The notes beneath the pieces are model-generated. The model saw only the letters and a program-made list of their open reading frames with translations. It was not told where the DNA came from and searched no databases. The position numbers and the translations under genes are program-made. A DNA stretch of 64,000 nucleotides. Source: Candidatus Omnitrophota bacterium. GTDB lineage: Bacteria; Omnitrophota; Gorgyraeia; Gygaellales; Profunditerraquicolaceae. The stretch lies in assembly GCA_018825985.1 (NCBI GenBank), contig JAHKAP010000052.1, positions 6,373-70,372 of the forward strand, written 5' to 3'. Position 1 is the first letter of the stretch. Each line of letters begins with the position of its first letter. Below, in pieces: positions 38,928 through 50,462 of this stretch.

Positions 38928-41495
38928 ATGGTAAGCACCGGGTTAAAAGGCCTGGATAAAGTAATCAACTCCTTACGCTTAGGCGATAATGTAGTCTGGC
39001 AGATCGATAGTATTGATGATTACGCTGATTTTGTCCGGCCTTTTGTTAAATCCGCCCTGGAAGAAAAACGCAGGCTGGTTTACATCCGCTTTGCCCATCA
39101 CAAACCTCTTTTGCCGGATAAAAAAGAAATTACAGTCTATAAGCTTGACGCCTTCAGCGGCTTTGAATCTTTTTCCACCCAGTTAAATAGCATCATTACC
39201 AAAGAAGGTAAAGAGGTTTTTTACGTTTTTGACTGCCTCTCTGATCTTCTTTCTGCCTGGTCCAACGACCTGATGATCGGGAATTTCTTCAAGATCACCT
39301 GTCCCTACCTTTTTGAGCTGGATACTATCGCTTATTTTTCATTATTACGCAACAGCCATTCTTTTAAAACCGTGGCCCGTATCCGCGAGATCACCCAGCT
39401 TTTGGTCAATGTCTATAACTTTGAAGGAAACTATTATGTTCATCCTTTAAAGGTCTGGAACCGTTATTCACCGACCATGTTCCTGCCGCACTTAAAGAAA
39501 CAGGAGCGGTTTGTTCCTATTGGAAATAGCGTGGATACTGCCCGGCTTTTTTCCAACATAATCAAAAAAGGGGCAAAAAGCACCAAAAGAAACCTGGATT
39601 ACTGGGACAGGTTGTTTTTAAAAGTCGAGGATTTAACCGGCCAGAGCGGAACGGCCGAGGAAAAGTCTAAAATGTTAGAGCATTTATGCCGGATGATCAT
39701 TGCCCGGGATGAGAAATTCTTCCGTCTGGCCAAAGAAAACCTTTCTTTGGAAGATTTTTTAGCTATAAAGACCAGGATGGTGGGGACAGGTTTTATCGGA
39801 GGCAAGTCCGTAGGCATGCTTATTGCCAGGAGCATCCTTTTGAAAGAAAAAGATTTAAAAGCTGAGGAGTTCTTTGAGCCCCATGATTCTTTCTACATCG
39901 GCTCGGACGTGTTCTATACCTATATAGTGGAGAACGGTTGGTGGAAAGCCAGGATGGATCAGAGGACTAAAGACGGGTATTTTAAGGTAGCTAATATATT
40001 GAAAGAGCAGATGCTTTCCGGGGTGTTCCCTGAAGAGATTAAAGAGCAGTTCAAGCAGATGATCGATTATTTTGGCCAATCTCCGATCATTGTGCGCTCC
40101 TCAAGCCTTTTAGAAGATAGTTTCGGCAACGCCTTTGCCGGAAAATACGAAAGCATTTTTTTAGTTAACCAGGGGACTCCGGATGAACGCTATGCCAGAT
40201 TTTCCGAGGCAGTGAGACGGATCTATGCCTCGACCATGAATGAAGACGCATTAGCGTATCGGCTGCAAAGAGGCTTAGATCAACAAGATGAACAAATGGC
40301 TTTATTGGTCCAGAGGGTATCGGGTGCATATCATAAGGATTATTTTTTTCCTGACGCAGCCGGAGTCGGGATCTCTTATAATACTTTTGTTTGGAAAAAA
40401 GATCTGGACCCTGAGGCTGGGATGCTCAGGATAGTTTTAGGCTTAGGCACCCGGGCAGTTAACCGGGTAGAGGGTGATTATCCGCGGATAGTAGCTTTGG
40501 ATCAACCTCTGCTTAAGGCTCATTCCGGCCTGGAAGACGCTCAAAAGTTTTCCCAGCATGACATCGATCTATTGAATATCCGGGAAAACAAGCTACAGAC
40601 CCGGACATTAAGAGAGTTGTTGAATGAAAAAGTAGAGATAAAGCTGGATTTGTTGGCAGTAAGGGATTATGAGGCTTCTGAGAGGATGCGCCAGATGGGT
40701 AAGGATGAAGAATCCTGGATCATTAATTTCGATACCCTATTTACAAAAACAGATTTTAGAGAGACTTTGCAAAAAATCCTGAAGATCCTGCAGGCTCATT
40801 ACGGCTATCCTGTAGATATAGAATTTACGGTTAATTTTGACAAACACGATAAATTTAAGATAAATCTTTTACAATGCCGGACTATCCAGGGTAGGGGTTT
40901 GGGAAAAAGGGTAGAAATACCTGAGAAAATAGAAAAAGAAAGAATACTTTTCGAATCCCAGGGTAATTTTCTAGGAGGAAATTTTTCCCATCTGATCCGC
41001 AGGGTGATCTATGTTGATCCGCAAGGTTATTCGCAGCTGCCGGTAACAGGAAAATATGATATTGCTAGAGCGGTGGGAGAATTAAACCGGCAGATAAAGG
41101 ATAAGGAAGAATTTCCGGTTATTTTATTAGGTCCGGGAAGATGGGGGACTACTACTCCTTCTTTAGGCGTCCCGGTTTCTTTTGCCGAGATAAATAATAT
41201 ATCCGTATTGGCAGAGGTGTCTTTTGCCAGCGCTAATTGCATCCCGGAGCTTTCTTTCGGCACCCATTTCTTCCAGGACCTGATTGAAACCGGGATTTTT
41301 TATGTAGCTTTATTTGTGGATAATAAAGAAGCATTTTTAAATACTGAGATGATCGGTTCCTGGCCGAATTCCTTGACTAAATTCGCCCAGTCTTATGCTA
41401 AATACAGCCCGGTGATCAAGGTTTATGATCTGGATAAAAAAGAACTGCGCATTGTCTCGGATATTATCTCTCAAAAAGTAGTTTGTTTTCACTGA
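38928..41495 (+). CDS. Fusion protein: degenerate KaiC/RecA-like N-terminal domain + PEP-utilising-enzyme N-terminal (PPDK_N ATP-grasp) domain
   Basis: C-terminal ~600 aa carry PPDK_N motifs (GGKSVGM, VRSSSLLEDSFGNAFAGKYES, MALLVQRV, GLGTRAV) but no phospho-His or PEP/pyruvate domains. N-terminal ~230 aa is KaiC-like (GLDKVINSLRLGDNVV) without a Walker A. Confidence 0.55.
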   Translation: MVSTGLKGLDKVINSLRLGDNVVWQIDSIDDYADFVRPFVKSALEEKRRLVYIRFAHHKPLLPDKKEITVYKLDAFSGFESFSTQLNSIITKEGKEVFYVFDCLSDLLSAWSNDLMIGNFFKITCPYLFELDTIAYFSLLRNSHSFKTVARIREITQLLVNVYNFEGNYYVHPLKVWNRYSPTMFLPHLKKQERFVPIGNSVDTARLFSNIIKKGAKSTKRNLDYWDRLFLKVEDLTGQSGTAEEKSKMLEHLCRMIIARDEKFFRLAKENLSLEDFLAIKTRMVGTGFIGGKSVGMLIARSILLKEKDLKAEEFFEPHDSFYIGSDVFYTYIVENGWWKARMDQRTKDGYFKVANILKEQMLSGVFPEEIKEQFKQMIDYFGQSPIIVRSSSLLEDSFGNAFAGKYESIFLVNQGTPDERYARFSEAVRRIYASTMNEDALAYRLQRGLDQQDEQMALLVQRVSGAYHKDYFFPDAAGVGISYNTFVWKKDLDPEAGMLRIVLGLGTRAVNRVEGDYPRIVALDQPLLKAHSGLEDAQKFSQHDIDLLNIRENKLQTRTLRELLNEKVEIKLDLLAVRDYEASERMRQMGKDEESWIINFDTLFTKTDFRETLQKILKILQAHYGYPVDIEFTVNFDKHDKFKINLLQCRTIQGRGLGKRVEIPEKIEKERILFESQGNFLGGNFSHLIRRVIYVDPQGYSQLPVTGKYDIARAVGELNRQIKDKEEFPVILLGPGRWGTTTPSLGVPVSFAEINNISVLAEVSFASANCIPELSFGTHFFQDLIETGIFYVALFVDNKEAFLNTEMIGSWPNSLTKFAQSYAKYSPVIKVYDLDKKELRIVSDIISQKVVCFH

Positions 41496-43224
<1,729 letters not shown>

Positions 43225-43310
43225 GTAAAGGTAAAGAAAAGATCAGTACGGATTCCAGGTTTTCTCTGCCTATTCCTATACCTGTACCTAGTTATATTAA
43301 GGAATAATAA

Positions 43311-44396
43311 ATGGATGCTATATTAGCCTTAGAAGACGGCAGAATATTCAAAGGCAAGTCTTTTGGCGCCTCAGGCGAAAGAAGCGGTGAGGTGGTTTTT
43401 AATACCAGTATGTCCGGATACCAGGAGATCATTACTGATCCTTCCTATAAGGGCCAGATCGTAGCGATGACTTATCCCCTGATCGGAAATTACGGGGTAA
43501 ATAAAGAAGATGTAGAATCATTTAAACCTTTTGTTGAAGGTTTTGTGGTCAAGGAATATTCTAAGATTGCCAGTAATTGGCGCTCCCATACTACATTGGG
43601 AGAATATCTGAAAGAAAATAATATTTTAGGTATTGAAGGTATAGATACCCGGGCCCTGACTTTACATATAAGGCGAGCCGGAGCAATGAAAGCGGTTTTA
43701 TCAACCAAGGACCTGGATCAGGAGAGCTTGGTTGAAAAAGCCAAGAATTCTCTGGGGCTTGAGGGTGTAGATTTAGTAAAAGAAGTAACTTGTAAGAAAA
43801 GATACATCTGGTCAAAAGCAAATAAGGCCGGATGTAAAATTACAGTGATTGACTGCGGAGTAAAATACAATATATTAAGGGAGCTTTTAAAATACGGATG
43901 TCAGGTTAGTATAGTTCCGGCATTTACAACTGCCGAAGAGATACTTAAAGATAAGCCGGATGGAGTTTTACTTTCTAATGGCCCGGGAGACCCGGCAGCA
44001 GTTACTTATGTGGTAGAGACAGTCAGAAAACTGATCGGTAAAGTTCCTATTTTTGGGATATGTTTGGGGCAGCAAATGATAGGTTTGGCTTTAGGCGGCA
44101 AGACCTATAAGCTTAAATTCGGGCATCACGGCGGCAACCAGCCGGTTAAGGATCTAAAAACCGGGAAAGTTTCTATTACTTGCCAGAATCACGGGTTCTG
44201 TGTGGATATTGGTTCTTTACCTAAAAAAGATATTGAGATAACCCATAAGAACTTAAATGACCAGACCCTGGAGGGTATCCGGCATAAAAGATTTCCCTTA
44301 TTTTCCGTGCAGTTTCATCCTGAATCTTCTCCCGGCCCCCATGACGCGGAATATTTATTCAAGAATTTCATAGATATGGTTAAAAAACATGCCTAA
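43311..44396 (+). CDS. carA: Carbamoyl-phosphate synthase small (glutaminase) subunit
   Basis: CarA GATase signature (GICLGQQ, His/Glu of triad) and N-terminal CPSase small-chain domain. Confidence 0.9.
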   Translation: MDAILALEDGRIFKGKSFGASGERSGEVVFNTSMSGYQEIITDPSYKGQIVAMTYPLIGNYGVNKEDVESFKPFVEGFVVKEYSKIASNWRSHTTLGEYLKENNILGIEGIDTRALTLHIRRAGAMKAVLSTKDLDQESLVEKAKNSLGLEGVDLVKEVTCKKRYIWSKANKAGCKITVIDCGVKYNILRELLKYGCQVSIVPAFTTAEEILKDKPDGVLLSNGPGDPAAVTYVVETVRKLIGKVPIFGICLGQQMIGLALGGKTYKLKFGHHGGNQPVKDLKTGKVSITCQNHGFCVDIGSLPKKDIEITHKNLNDQTLEGIRHKRFPLFSVQFHPESSPGPHDAEYLFKNFIDMVKKHA

Positions 44397-46050
44397 ACGT
44401 AAAGACATAAAAAAAATTATGATCATCGGCTCAGGCCCGATTGTCATCGGCCAGGCCTGCGAATTTGATTATTCCGGGTCTCAGGCCTGCAAGGTTTTAA
44501 GGCAGGAAGGATACCAGGTAGTTTTGGTTAATTCTAACCCGGCTACTATTATGACTGATCCGGAGATGGCGGACAGCACTTATATCGAGCCGATTACTCC
44601 GGATATAGTTGAGAAAATAATTGCTTTGGAAAGGCCGGATGCCCTGCTTCCTACTTTAGGCGGGCAGACTGCTTTAAATACCACTGTTATTCTGGCTGAA
44701 AGAGGTGTATTAAAAAAATATAAAGTTGAAACTATCGGAGCAAATATCAAAGCGATTAAAAAAGCTGAAGATAGAAAGTTATTCAAAGAGGCGATGCTCA
44801 AGATCGGCTTGGACCTGCCTAAAAGCGGAAGAGCTTATAATTTAAAAGAAGCCTTAGAAGTTGCTGGAGAAATCGGGTTTCCTTTGATCATCCGGCCCAG
44901 TTTTACTTTAGGCGGCACCGGCGGAAGCCTGGCTTATAATATCGAAGAGTTTAAGGGTCTGGCTAAACATGGCCTGGAATCGAGCATGATCAGCGAGATC
45001 CTGATTGAAGAATCTATAGTTGGTTGGAAAGAATATGAATTAGAGGTAATGCGGGATTTAAAGGATAATGTGGTGATTATCTGTTCTATCGAGAATTTTG
45101 ATCCGATGGGAGTGCATACCGGCGATAGCATTACTGTTGCCCCTATCCAGACTTTAACTGATCGGGAATATCAGAAGATGCGCGATAGCGCTATTGCCTG
45201 TATCCGGGAGATTGGGGTTGAAACCGGAGGTTCTAATATTCAATTCGGCGTGCATCCTCAAACCGGAAGACAGGTAGTTATTGAAATGAATCCCCGGGTT
45301 TCCCGAAGTTCAGCTTTAGCCTCCAAGGCCACGGGTTTTCCTATCGCTAAAATTGCCGCCAAGTTAGCTGTAGGTTATACCTTAGATGAGATAGCTAATG
45401 ATATTACCAAAGAGACTCCGGCTTGTTTTGAGCCGGCAATAGATTATTGTGTAGTAAAAATTCCCAGGTTTACTTTTGAGAAATTCCGCGGAGCGAATTG
45501 CGAACTTACTGTTTCCATGAAATCAGTTGGCGAGGCGATGTCTATCGGGAGGACTTTTAAAGAGGCTTTGCAAAAAGGCATTCGTTCCCTGGAGATAAAA
45601 AAATACGGTTTAGACAGCATGATTTTTGCGGATCTGTCACGGATAAATCCTAACCCTAATGATCTGGATATAATCGACCAAAAATTAAGGATGCCTAACG
45701 CCGAAAGGTTATTTTACCTGGCTGATGCTTTACGCTGCGGCATGGATATTGAGAAGATCTATGAAATGACTAAGATCGACCGCTGGTTTATTTATAATAT
45801 TAAAGAGATCATTGATATGGAGAAAGAAATTATAAAGAATAAAGGCAATCTCGATAAAGAACTTTTGATTTCCGCCAAACAATACGGATTTAGCGATAAG
45901 CAGCTATCCAAGCTTACCAATAAGGCCGAGGAAGATATTTATAAACTCCGCAAGTCGTTCAATATCTCTCCAGATTTTAAATTAGTGGACACCTGCGCCG
46001 CCGAGTTCCAGGCCCACACCCCCTATTTTTATTCTACCTACGACAAATAG
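44389..46050 (+). CDS. carB: Carbamoyl-phosphate synthase large subunit, N-terminal half only (carboxyphosphate ATP-grasp + oligomerisation domains)
   Basis: 553 aa ending at ...[20 protein letters not shown]. This is the inter-half linker of canonical ~1070-aa CarB. 8-nt overlap with carA. Confidence 0.8.
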   Translation: MPKRKDIKKIMIIGSGPIVIGQACEFDYSGSQACKVLRQEGYQVVLVNSNPATIMTDPEMADSTYIEPITPDIVEKIIALERPDALLPTLGGQTALNTTVILAERGVLKKYKVETIGANIKAIKKAEDRKLFKEAMLKIGLDLPKSGRAYNLKEALEVAGEIGFPLIIRPSFTLGGTGGSLAYNIEEFKGLAKHGLESSMISEILIEESIVGWKEYELEVMRDLKDNVVIICSIENFDPMGVHTGDSITVAPIQTLTDREYQKMRDSAIACIREIGVETGGSNIQFGVHPQTGRQVVIEMNPRVSRSSALASKATGFPIAKIAAKLAVGYTLDEIANDITKETPACFEPAIDYCVVKIPRFTFEKFRGANCELTVSMKSVGEAMSIGRTFKEALQKGIRSLEIKKYGLDSMIFADLSRINPNPNDLDIIDQKLRMPNAERLFYLADALRCGMDIEKIYEMTKIDRWFIYNIKEIIDMEKEIIKNKGNLDKELLISAKQYGFSDKQLSKLTNKAEEDIYKLRKSFNISPDFKLVDTCAAEFQAHTPYFYSTYDK

Positions 46051-46093
46051 AGGGACACCCTCGCAGCTAAAGCTAAGGGTGTCCCTTTTTTTA
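46051..46093 (+). terminator. Terminator formed by a GGGACACCCT palindromic repeat (copy 2), followed by T7
   Basis: AGGGACACCCT-CGCAGCTAAAGCTA-AGGGTGTCCCT then TTTTTTT. Immediately follows the carB stop. Confidence 0.7.
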
Positions 46094-46099
46094 TTCCTT

Positions 46100-46136
46100 G
46101 GGGGACACCCTCCCGATTAGCTGCAAGGGTGTCCCT
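46100..46136. repeat. GGGGGACACCCT-loop-AGGGTGTCCCT palindromic repeat (copy 3)
   Basis: Same arms as copies 1 and 2, with a different loop (CCCGATTAGCTGCA). Confidence 0.6.
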
Positions 46137-46203
46137 AGTTAATTCTTGACGCAGGGGGTTCTTAGGCATAAAATACCTTTGTTACAATATATAAAAAGGA
46201 GAA

Positions 46204-47115
46204 TTGATGAAAAAAATACTGGCTTTGTTACTATTCGCGTTTATTTTTTCCGGATGTGCCACCTATAAATACCAGCATGGTAATAAACCTTATGATCAAG
46301 GATACGTGATAACCCGGAATAACCAGTTTGTCATGGAATATACCCTGGGTGAGAATAATACTGTTCCAGATAAAGAGTTAGCTAAAGAGAGGTTTAAAAG
46401 GCGCAGAAAAGCCGTTGAGATTTTTTATAAAAGAATGGGTTATATCGAAAGTTATTATAGGTTGTATTTCTGGAATCATGTATCAACGATGGCTGATGCC
46501 ATCGGAGGTTTTTTCCGTATGCCCGGTGTCGCTATTTCCGAATACAGGTATGCCCATAATCCAAAATACAGGGAAAAGATTATAAAACTTGAGGATGAGC
46601 GGGAAGCTAAAGAAGAAACCAGGGTAAATAAAATCAAAGATGAATTAAGGGAGTATGTTAAAAAAGACTTAGAAAGAGAAAAAGGTTTTCCTGACAAAGA
46701 AACAAAACCTAGAGTTAAAGCTTTAGTTAAGAAAGTCAAGCCTGCGGTTTCAACTGGTCCTATCGTAGAGAAAAAAGCCGGACCAAGGGCTGGCAGGATC
46801 AAGCCCGAAACTATTAAGGCCCAGAGTGAGGTTGCACCAGAGCTGCCGGTTGCAGTGATAATCGCCAAGCCTGAGAAAGGGTACGCACCTTTAATGGTTA
46901 ATTTCTCGGGTAAAAAGTCATATTCTCCAAAGGCCAGGATAGTTTCTTATTCCTGGGATTTTGGCGATTCAGATACTTCCAATAAACCAACAGCTGTTAA
47001 TACTTACTGGAGCGGTTCTTTTGAGACTCGCTATTTTAATGTTATTTTAACTGTTAAAGATTCCAACGGCAATACTGCTCAGGCAAATACTACTATCGAG
47101 GTTAAGAATAAATAA
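46204..47115 (+). CDS. Lipoprotein with C-terminal PKD domain
   Basis: Lipobox FSGCA. Lys/Glu-rich linker. PKD-like C-terminus (WDFGDS...TVKDSNGNTA). Confidence 0.6.
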   Translation: MMKKILALLLFAFIFSGCATYKYQHGNKPYDQGYVITRNNQFVMEYTLGENNTVPDKELAKERFKRRRKAVEIFYKRMGYIESYYRLYFWNHVSTMADAIGGFFRMPGVAISEYRYAHNPKYREKIIKLEDEREAKEETRVNKIKDELREYVKKDLEREKGFPDKETKPRVKALVKKVKPAVSTGPIVEKKAGPRAGRIKPETIKAQSEVAPELPVAVIIAKPEKGYAPLMVNFSGKKSYSPKARIVSYSWDFGDSDTSNKPTAVNTYWSGSFETRYFNVILTVKDSNGNTAQANTTIEVKNK

Positions 47116-47132
47116 GATTAGAAAGAAAGGCA

Positions 47133-48662
47133 GTGATGTTAAATAAAAACGGTTTTGACAATGAAAAATACTTAAAAGAACAAACTGCAGCAATCCTTAA
47201 CCGGGTTAGAAAATTCGATAACAAGCTTTACCTGGAATTCGGGGGGAAACTTTGTTTTGATTATCATGCGGCCCGCGTCCTTCCCGGGTATGACCCCAAT
47301 GTTAAAATAAGGCTTTTGCAGTCTTTAAAAGATAAGGTTGATATTGTCCTGTGTATTTACGCAGGGGATATTGAAAAGGGGAGGGTGCGCGGTGATTTCG
47401 GGATAACTTATGATGCAGCAACGTTTAAATTAATCGATGATTTAAGAAAATGGGGCCTGGATATATTATCAGTGGTAATTACCCGGTTTGCGAATCAACC
47501 CTTAAGCGTTATTTTTAAGAATAAATTGGAACGCCGGGGAGTCAAGGTAAACCTGCATTATCCGATAGAAGGCTATTCCACTAATTTTGATTTTGTAGTC
47601 AGCGAAAACGGTTTTGGGAAAAATGATTATATTGAAACTAAAAATCCGATTGTGATAATTACCGGGCCCGGGCCTAATAGCGGTAAGTTATCCACCTGTC
47701 TCTCCCAGTTATATCACGAACATAAAAGAGGGATTAACGCCGGTTACGCCAAATTTGAGACTTTTCCTATTTGGAATATACCTTTAAAACATCCGGTAAA
47801 TGTGGCTTATGAGGCAGCTACCGCCGATATCCTGGATTTTAACCTGGTTGATCCTTTTCACCTTGAGAAATACCAGGAGGCAGCCATAAATTACAACCGG
47901 GATGTAGAGAGTTTTCCTATTTTAAAGTTGATCCTGAACAAGATCCTGGATAAAAAAGCCGATATGCCGATGTATAATTCTCCAACAGATATGGGCGTTA
48001 ACCGCGCTGGCTTTGGGATTGTGGATGATAAAATAGTCCAGGAAGCGGCTAAACAGGAATTAATTCGGCGTTATTTCAGGTATAACGGTGAATACTTGTT
48101 AGGGGTTGAGAAGAAAGAGACCGTAGACCGGGCAAATTTATTAATGGAGGAATTAGGGATAAAAGTTACGGATCGGATAGTAGTAGAACCGGCCAGAAAG
48201 ACCGCTGAAGAGGCAGAGAGCAAGGGTAAAGGCAACGATGGTATCTATTGCGGCGCCGCTATTCAGTTGAGCGATGGAAGGATTATAACCGGGAGAAATT
48301 CTCATCTTATGCACGCGGCCTCCAGTCTGGTTTTGAACTCGGTTAAGGTTTTAGCGAATATACCTGATGAAATCCTGCTTTTATCCCCTCATATTATCAA
48401 CCAGATATCCAAATTAAAAGAAGGTATCTTAGGTAATGAGTCGGAGAGCCTGGACCTGGAAGAGGCTTTGATTGCCCTTTCTATCAGCGCTACCACTAAC
48501 CATACCGCAGAGGTGGCTATGAATAAGCTAAAGGAATTAAGGGGATGCGAAGTGCATATGACCCATATTCCCACCCCAGGCGATGAAGTGGGGCTTAAGA
48601 GATTGGGTGTTAATTTAACTACTGACGGCAAATTCTCTTCCCGCAACCTCTTCGTTACTTAA
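47133..48662 (+). CDS. DUF1846 (UPF0371) family protein
   Basis: About 500-aa protein with conserved DUF1846 N-terminal region (FDNEKYLKEQ...LYLEFGGKL) and overall collinearity with that family. Confidence 0.6.
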   Translation: MMLNKNGFDNEKYLKEQTAAILNRVRKFDNKLYLEFGGKLCFDYHAARVLPGYDPNVKIRLLQSLKDKVDIVLCIYAGDIEKGRVRGDFGITYDAATFKLIDDLRKWGLDILSVVITRFANQPLSVIFKNKLERRGVKVNLHYPIEGYSTNFDFVVSENGFGKNDYIETKNPIVIITGPGPNSGKLSTCLSQLYHEHKRGINAGYAKFETFPIWNIPLKHPVNVAYEAATADILDFNLVDPFHLEKYQEAAINYNRDVESFPILKLILNKILDKKADMPMYNSPTDMGVNRAGFGIVDDKIVQEAAKQELIRRYFRYNGEYLLGVEKKETVDRANLLMEELGIKVTDRIVVEPARKTAEEAESKGKGNDGIYCGAAIQLSDGRIITGRNSHLMHAASSLVLNSVKVLANIPDEILLLSPHIINQISKLKEGILGNESESLDLEEALIALSISATTNHTAEVAMNKLKELRGCEVHMTHIPTPGDEVGLKRLGVNLTTDGKFSSRNLFVT

Positions 48663-48685
48663 TAAAGAATAGATAAAGGTATTTT

Positions 48686-50080
48686 ATGCCGGTAAAGATT
48701 AAATTCTTAGGCGGAGTAAGGACAGTCACTGGTTCCAGTCATCTTATCTCAACCGATAAATCCGAAATACTCCTGGATGCCGGTCTGTTTCAGGGCCACC
48801 GCAATGATTTCTATGATATCAATACTACCTTTAGCTATAATCCCCGTAAGCTCAATGCCATGCTTTTATCCCATGCCCATATCGACCATAGCGGGAATAT
48901 CCCCAGCCTTTTGAAAAAAGGGATGCGCTGTAAGATATATACTACCGCTGCAACCCGTGATCTATGTAAATTAATGCTCGAAGATTCCGGAAAGATCCAG
49001 GAAGAAGATATCCGCTACGTGAATAAGATCAACCGCAGGTTGGGCCTTCCTTTGAGAAAAGCTCTTTATAACAGGAAAGAGGCCCGCCACGCTGCCAAGA
49101 GGTTTCATCCGGTCCCTTATAGTCAGAAGACCTGCGTGGCCAATAATGTTTTCGCTACTTTTTATGATGCCGGCCATATCCTGGGTTCTTCGATCATAGT
49201 CTTAGATATCAAGGATGGAGTTCAAAGTATCCGTTTAGGTTATGCCGTAGATTTAGGCAGAAGAAACCTGCCGCTCTTAAATGATCCCTTTATTCCTACG
49301 GGCCTGGATTATCTTATTATAGAGAGTACTTACGGAGGAAGGGTGCGGCCGCCTATAGAAGAAGCCAAGATCAAGCTTAAAGAGGTTATTCTGCGCACGA
49401 TCGAGCGCAAAGGAAAGATCCTGATCCCGGCTTTTACCTTGGAACGGACCCAGGAAGTGGTTTATTTTTTAAGTGAGCTCTTTAAAGATAAATCTCTTCC
49501 TTTTATTCCGGTTTATGTCGACAGCCCATTAGCCACGGATATAACCGATGTATTTAAATACCATCTGGATTACCTTAATCAAGAGACCCGCCAACATATA
49601 TCCCAGGGCCAGAGCCCTTTTGAATTTTTGAATTTAAGTTATATCCGCGACCAGAAAGAATCCAAAACCCTGAATAATGACCGCCGGCCGATGATAATCA
49701 TTGCCGGGTGCGGGATGTGTGAGTCCGGCAGGATCGTTCATCACATTAAGAATAATATTGAGGATTCCCGCAATACTATACTGGTGGTTGGCTATATGGC
49801 CAAGAATACCTTAGGCAAACGGATCGTGGAAAAGACCCCTTTTGTGCGTATTTTCGGTATTGAATATCAGTTAAATGCCGAGGTGGTAGTTATCAATTCG
49901 TTCTCCGGGCACGCGGACAAAAATGAACTGACGGATTTTATAACTCAATCCCTGCCTTTAAAAAGGATATTCTTGGTCCACGGAGACATGGAGCAGACCC
50001 AGCCGTTATTCGAAAATCTCTCTCAGATATGCCAGAATGTTTACATCCCGGCTAAAGACGAAGAAGTCTTGCTTGAGTAA
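48686..50080 (+). CDS. MBL-fold beta-CASP ribonuclease (RNA-metabolising metallo-beta-lactamase)
   Basis: HxHxDH motif (HAHIDHSG), beta-CASP motifs and C-terminal RMMBL-like region. Confidence 0.7.
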   Translation: MPVKIKFLGGVRTVTGSSHLISTDKSEILLDAGLFQGHRNDFYDINTTFSYNPRKLNAMLLSHAHIDHSGNIPSLLKKGMRCKIYTTAATRDLCKLMLEDSGKIQEEDIRYVNKINRRLGLPLRKALYNRKEARHAAKRFHPVPYSQKTCVANNVFATFYDAGHILGSSIIVLDIKDGVQSIRLGYAVDLGRRNLPLLNDPFIPTGLDYLIIESTYGGRVRPPIEEAKIKLKEVILRTIERKGKILIPAFTLERTQEVVYFLSELFKDKSLPFIPVYVDSPLATDITDVFKYHLDYLNQETRQHISQGQSPFEFLNLSYIRDQKESKTLNNDRRPMIIIAGCGMCESGRIVHHIKNNIEDSRNTILVVGYMAKNTLGKRIVEKTPFVRIFGIEYQLNAEVVVINSFSGHADKNELTDFITQSLPLKRIFLVHGDMEQTQPLFENLSQICQNVYIPAKDEEVLLE

Positions 50081-50229
50081 GGAATGTGTGATATTATACA
50101 TACATTAATTCGTGTTCTTATCCGCCTTCGCGCTTTAATAGGGCAAAAAATAGCTCTGGCGCGCTATGGCGGATTTCGCTAAATGTCTGCCTTCGGCAGA
50201 CGTATACTTGTGTTTAAGGAGGATTACAA

Positions 50230-50457
50230 ATGGTAGGCGGATTTTCAACACCCAAAAAAGATAAAGAACTTAAGGTCTCCGGAGGAGAGAAAGTAAAAAA
50301 AGGCCAGATACTTTGCCGGCAGGTTGGCGGGTATAAAGCAGGCGTTAATGTGAGCGGTATAGCTATTTTGCACGCTGACTGCGATGGAAAAGTATCTTTT
50401 TCCCGTAAAAAGACCGGTTCCGGAAAACTAAGGACTTTTATCAACGTTTTATCTTAA
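50230..50457 (+). CDS. rpmA: Divergent ribosomal protein L27-like
   Basis: Core (CRQVGGYKAGVNV...ADCDGKVSF) resembles L27. The N-terminus is atypical and there is no adjacent rplU. GGAGG RBS. Confidence 0.4.
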   Translation: MVGGFSTPKKDKELKVSGGEKVKKGQILCRQVGGYKAGVNVSGIAILHADCDGKVSFSRKKTGSGKLRTFINVLS

Positions 50458-50462
50458 GATAA

